This document shows, piece by piece, positions 60,115 through 64,000 of a stretch of DNA of 64,000 nucleotides. The number at the start of each line of letters is the position of its first letter. Positions within the stretch are counted from its first letter, which is position 1. The notes beneath the pieces are model-generated. The model worked only from the letters and a program-made list of their open reading frames with translations, made no database searches and was not told the origin of the DNA. This stretch comes from Gemmatimonadota bacterium (GTDB lineage: Bacteria; Gemmatimonadota; Gemmatimonadetes; Palauibacterales; Palauibacteraceae), in contig JBHIAV010000011.1 in NCBI GenBank assembly GCA_046758745.1, positions 1 to 64,000 of the forward strand, given 5' to 3'. Position numbers and translations under genes: made by a program.

Positions 60115-60866
60115 GACCGCAGCAGATCGTCGAGGCGACCCTGTTCGCCAGCCAGACCCCGCTGAGCGCCGCCGAGATCGCCCGCGCCGACGAGGCTCTC
60201 GACGCGGCGACGGTCGTCGAGGCGATCCGAAAGCTGCGCGAAAAATACGAGGCGGAAGAACACGCTTTCCAGGTCTACCAGCTCGGCGACGGCTTCCAGC
60301 TCCTCACCCGCCCGGAATACGCGCCTTACCTGGAGCGTTTCGATTCCGTCCCGCGATCACCCACCCTCTCGGCGGCGGCGGTGGAGACCCTCGCGATCAT
60401 CGCCTATCGGCAGCCGATCAGCCGCATCGAGATCGAGGAAGTCCGGGGCGTCGGCGCCAGCTCCGTACTCCGCACGCTTCTCGACTGGGATCTCATCGAG
60501 GTGGTCGGCCGCGGCGAGGGTCTCGGCCGCCCGCTTCTGTACGGAACCTCCCACAGGTTTCTGGATCATTTCGGCTTCAAGGATCTCTCCGAGCTTCCGG
60601 GTCCGGAGACGCTGCCGGTTACGCTGCGAGGGCTCCGGGAGGATATCGAGGGCGAGAAGGACCGCCCGGCGGAAGCGGTGGCGGCCGCTGCGGAGAGCGG
60701 AGCTCCCGGCGGCGAGCCGGGCGGGGAAGCTCGTCCCGCGGTGGACGAGACCGCCGAGGCAGGGGGGTTGACAGGGGCGGGTCCCTGCCGGTGGCTGAGC
60801 CTCTCCGCCTGCAGCAGTACCTCGCGCGCGCCGGCGCCGCTTCCCGACGTGCGAGCGAGGAGCTGA
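60111..60866 (+). CDS. scpB: Segregation and condensation protein B
   Basis: VEATLFAS, ETLAIIAYRQP, RGV, GRPLLYGTS..FL..FG. Confidence 0.92.
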   Translation: MRPQQIVEATLFASQTPLSAAEIARADEALDAATVVEAIRKLREKYEAEEHAFQVYQLGDGFQLLTRPEYAPYLERFDSVPRSPTLSAAAVETLAIIAYRQPISRIEIEEVRGVGASSVLRTLLDWDLIEVVGRGEGLGRPLLYGTSHRFLDHFGFKDLSELPGPETLPVTLRGLREDIEGEKDRPAEAVAAAAESGAPGGEPGGEARPAVDETAEAGGLTGAGPCRWLSLSACSSTSRAPAPLPDVRARS

Positions 60867-61600
60867 TCGCCGCGGGCCGGGTGCGCGTCGACGGTGTCAC
60901 GGTGACGCAAACCGGGACGCGCGTCGATCCCGAGAGGAGCGTCGTCGAGGTGGACGGCCGACGCGTGCGGCTCAGGCCCACGGTTTGGGTTCTCCTTCAC
61001 AAGCCTCCGGGATACCTGTGCACGCGGGGCGACCCGGAGGGACGGCCGACCGTCTACGAGCTGCTCCCACCGGAGCTCGGTCACCTCTTCCATGTCGGCC
61101 GACTCGACTACCTGAGCGAGGGGCTCCTCCTGTTGACCAACGACGGCGACGCCGCCGATCGCCTCATGCATCCCAGAGGTCGCACGATCCGTCGCTACGA
61201 GGTGACGCTGGCCGAGCCGCTTCCCGAGGGCCTTGTCGAGCGGTTGCTCACGGGCGTGCGGCTGGAGGACGGCATGGCGCGCGCGGCGGCGGCACGGCTC
61301 GAGGCCGGATCGCGGCAGGGAGAATGGGTCCTCCGGCTCACCCTCCGCGAGGGGAGAAACCGCGAGATCCGACGAATGATGGAGGCGCTGCGAGTGAAGA
61401 TCCGGGCTCTGAAGCGGGTGGCGCTCGGACCCGTACTGCTCGGAGACCTTCCGCGCGGAGAGTGGAGGAAGTTGTCGGCTCCGGAGGTCCGACGGCTCAC
61501 GGCGCAGAGAGTGTCCGGCCGACCGGCCGGCCGGTCGAGACGCCGAGCGCCGCCTCGCGGGGGAACGCGGCGATCCCCGCCCCGGCGACAGGACGGCTGA
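60791..61600 (+). CDS. rluB: rRNA pseudouridine synthase (RluB/RsuA family)
   Basis: S4 domain RLQQYLARAG.ASRR, HKPPG, VGRLD..SEGLLLLTNDG, EGRNREIRRM. Confidence 0.88.
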   Translation: MAEPLRLQQYLARAGAASRRASEELIAAGRVRVDGVTVTQTGTRVDPERSVVEVDGRRVRLRPTVWVLLHKPPGYLCTRGDPEGRPTVYELLPPELGHLFHVGRLDYLSEGLLLLTNDGDAADRLMHPRGRTIRRYEVTLAEPLPEGLVERLLTGVRLEDGMARAAAARLEAGSRQGEWVLRLTLREGRNREIRRMMEALRVKIRALKRVALGPVLLGDLPRGEWRKLSAPEVRRLTAQRVSGRPAGRSRRRAPPRGGTRRSPPRRQDG

Positions 61601-61602
61601 AC

Positions 61603-63270
61603 GTGGACATCGAGGGCCGTACCGTTCTCATCCTCGGCGGGTCCGGCCTCGTCGGGCGCGCGATCGCGCGGCGGCTCGTCAGGCTGCGTCCCTCCCGCCT
61701 CGTCATCGGGGCGCTGCACGAGGTGGAAGCCGGCTCCGCCGTCCGCGAGCTGGCGTCCCTGCCCGGATCGGACGGGATCGAGTTTGCCGGGGAGTGGGGC
61801 GACGTCTTCCTCCGCGAGACGCACCGAGGTCGATCCCGCGTGGACCTCCTGGCATCCGATGAGGGGCGAGCCGAGGTGCTGGAGGACCTGTTCGGCGACC
61901 TCGATGAGGAGGCGTTCGGCCGCTCCGCGCTGGTGGCGCTGCTCGAGCGGCACCGGCCGGAGATCCTCATCGACTGTGTGAACACGGCCACGGCGATCGC
62001 CTACCAGGACATCTTCACCTCGGTCGAGCGGCTGCGGCGCGCGAACCTCGCCGGGGGGGCCGAGCCAGCCGACATCGAGGCTCACCTCGCCACCCTGTAT
62101 CTCCCGCAGCTCATCCGCCACGTCCAACTCCTCCTCGAGGGCATGCGGCGAGCGGGAACGAGGTCGTACGTGAAGATCGGGACCTCCGGCACGGGCGGGA
62201 TGGGGCTCAACGTGCCCTTCACCCACTCCGAGGAGCGGCCCTCTCGCACCCTCCTTGCCAAGGCCAGCGTGGCGGGGGCCCATTCGCTCCTTCTCTTCCT
62301 GATGGGCCGGACGCCGGACGGCCCCGCCGTGAAGGAGGTGAAGCCGGCGGCCGCCATCAGCTGGAAGCGTATCGGGTTCGGCCCGGTGGTGCGGGGCGGG
62401 CGACCGATCCCGCGCTACGACGCGATCCGACCCCTTCCGCTCGACGAAGCGTTCGCCGACCGGGCGGACGGGACGGATGGGGCCTGGGAGCGCAGGCACG
62501 GGGCCCTCGAGTCGGTCTTCCTGGATGCGGGCGAGAACGGGCAGTTCAGCGTGAGTGAGTTCGAGGCGGTCTCCTCGCTCGGGCTCATGGAGGTGGTCAC
62601 GCCGGAGGAGATCGCGGAGGTGGTGGTGGCCGAGATCGTCGGCCGACCGACGGGGCGCGACATCGTGGGCGCTCTCGACGCCAGCGTGTTCGGCCCGACG
62701 TATCGAGGAGGGGTGCTGCGCGAGGCGGCGTTGCGGCACATGGAAGAGCTCGAAGCGCGACATGGCGTGCGCTCCGTGGCCTTCGAGATGCTCGGCCCCC
62801 CGCGGCTGAGCAAGCTCCTTTTCGAGGCGCACCTGCTCGAGCGCCTCTTCCCGGACCTGGCCGGGGCGACCCGTCTCGAGCCGGAGGAGACGGCGGCGCG
62901 GGCCGAGCGGCTGATCGAGTCCGAGGAACGCCTGCGCTCCGACATCGTGTCGATCGGCCTGCCCATCCTTCTCGCCGACGGTAAGCGCCTGCTGCGGGGT
63001 CCGATTGTCGGAGTGACGCCCGCGGCGCGGGCTTCACCCGTGGATGAGCGCCTCGCGTCCCGAGGGTGGGTGGATCTTCGTCCCGCCAACTGGGTCCGAT
63101 GGAAGGAACGTTGCCGGAGCTATACGACCCGGGTCGTGGAGGCTCCGGGAGGGGAGTGCGGCTCGAGAACGGACCTCGATGTGCGGGCCCGCTCGGGCGC
63201 GATTCGGCCCGGCGCGCTGGCGGCCTTCGTCCTCCGCACCGAGGATGAGGGCGAGCGGATCAAGCGCTGA
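61603..63270 (+). CDS. Uncharacterised atypical short-chain-dehydrogenase-like protein
   Basis: N-terminal ILGGSGLVG Rossmann motif; KIGTSGTGGMGLNVPFTHSEERPS, VAFEMLGPPRLSKLL. Confidence 0.7.
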   Translation: MDIEGRTVLILGGSGLVGRAIARRLVRLRPSRLVIGALHEVEAGSAVRELASLPGSDGIEFAGEWGDVFLRETHRGRSRVDLLASDEGRAEVLEDLFGDLDEEAFGRSALVALLERHRPEILIDCVNTATAIAYQDIFTSVERLRRANLAGGAEPADIEAHLATLYLPQLIRHVQLLLEGMRRAGTRSYVKIGTSGTGGMGLNVPFTHSEERPSRTLLAKASVAGAHSLLLFLMGRTPDGPAVKEVKPAAAISWKRIGFGPVVRGGRPIPRYDAIRPLPLDEAFADRADGTDGAWERRHGALESVFLDAGENGQFSVSEFEAVSSLGLMEVVTPEEIAEVVVAEIVGRPTGRDIVGALDASVFGPTYRGGVLREAALRHMEELEARHGVRSVAFEMLGPPRLSKLLFEAHLLERLFPDLAGATRLEPEETAARAERLIESEERLRSDIVSIGLPILLADGKRLLRGPIVGVTPAARASPVDERLASRGWVDLRPANWVRWKERCRSYTTRVVEAPGGECGSRTDLDVRARSGAIRPGALAAFVLRTEDEGERIKR

Positions 63271-63376
63271 GGCTGGAGAGCGTCCCGGCCCGTCGACTCG
63301 ATTTCGAGAGGCGGACGCTACAGCTTGACGCGCGCGGTGGGCGAAGCCCACGTGGACCCGTGACGACAGGAGCGGA

Positions 63377-64000
63377 ATGACGGAGCGACGAGCGGCGATC
63401 GCGGGAGGGGGCGCCGAACCGGCTGCGGCGCCGGCCGGCCGGGTAAGCGAGGAAGACCTGGCCCGCCAGGCCGGTCGGATCGAGGAGGCGAGCCGCTTCG
63501 TGGAGGAGGTGCGGCGCGCCGTCTCCACCCGTGTGGTGGGGCAGGATCGGATGGTGGAGCGGCTCCTCATCGGTCTTCTCACCGGTGGCCATGTGCTGCT
63601 CGAGGGGGTGCCGGGCCTCGCGAAGACGCTGGCCGTCCGCACGCTGGCCGACGCCATCCACACGACCTTCCGACGCATCCAGTTCACGCCGGACCTCCTC
63701 CCCGCTGACCTGATCGGCACCCTGGTATGGGACGAGACGACCCGGGAGTTCGTGCCGAAGCGCGGGCCGATCTTCGCCAACCTCGTGCTGGCGGATGAGA
63801 TCAACCGGGCCCCCGCCAAGGTACAGTCTGCGCTCCTGGAGGCGATGCAGGAGCGACAGGTGACGATCGGGGACACGAGCTACCCTGTTCCGCGGCCATT
63901 CCTGGTCCTCGCCACTCAGAACCCGATAGAGCACGAGGGCACGTATCCCCTCCCCGAGGCCCAGGTCGACCGCTTCATGCTCAAGGTGCGGGTCGAGTAT
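63377..64000 (+). CDS. MoxR family AAA+ ATPase (3'-truncated by window edge)
   Basis: [65 protein letters not shown]; absent from ORF track because no stop in window. Confidence 0.93.
   Translation, partial: MTERRAAIAGGGAEPAAAPAGRVSEEDLARQAGRIEEASRFVEEVRRAVSTRVVGQDRMVERLLIGLLTGGHVLLEGVPGLAKTLAVRTLADAIHTTFRRIQFTPDLLPADLIGTLVWDETTREFVPKRGPIFANLVLADEINRAPAKVQSALLEAMQERQVTIGDTSYPVPRPFLVLATQNPIEHEGTYPLPEAQVDRFMLKVRVEY

Overview
GC-rich bacterial chromosomal window, probably Gemmatimonadota-like. That assignment is inferred only from gene content (eukaryotic-type Ser/Thr kinase, Tat-exported class V aminotransferase, TLC+HEAT transporter, PilX-like gene). Most of it is housekeeping or metabolic: a folate-dependent histidine-utilisation cluster (hutH, cyclodeaminase, formiminotransferase, hutI, hutU), glpD, proline dehydrogenase, proC, hemE-hemH, a TetR-TolC-MFP-RND efflux operon, ctaA, gltX-tadA, pyrR-pyrB-pyrC, rpsT, M50 protease-scpA-scpB-rluB and a truncated MoxR ATPase. 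A more plastic stretch (~19.9-26.2 kb) surrounds a tRNA-Ser(UGA). It holds a tyrosine-integrase remnant, a compositionally atypical FkbM methyltransferase, other gene fragments, short tandem repeats and an unannotated 23-aa cationic peptide ORF. The most unusual items are: (i) a SoxA/TsdA-like monoheme cytochrome c flanked on both sides by NPC[AG]A Cys repeats; (ii) HutH and HutI with non-canonical substrate-binding residues; (iii) a nitrilase-family enzyme with Met in place of the catalytic Lys; (iv) a type-I-toxin-like peptide gene next to the tRNA; (v) a triple palindromic operator over the efflux promoter. No CRISPR array, rRNA or intact mobile element was seen. All calls are from motif recognition by eye; no database searches were run.
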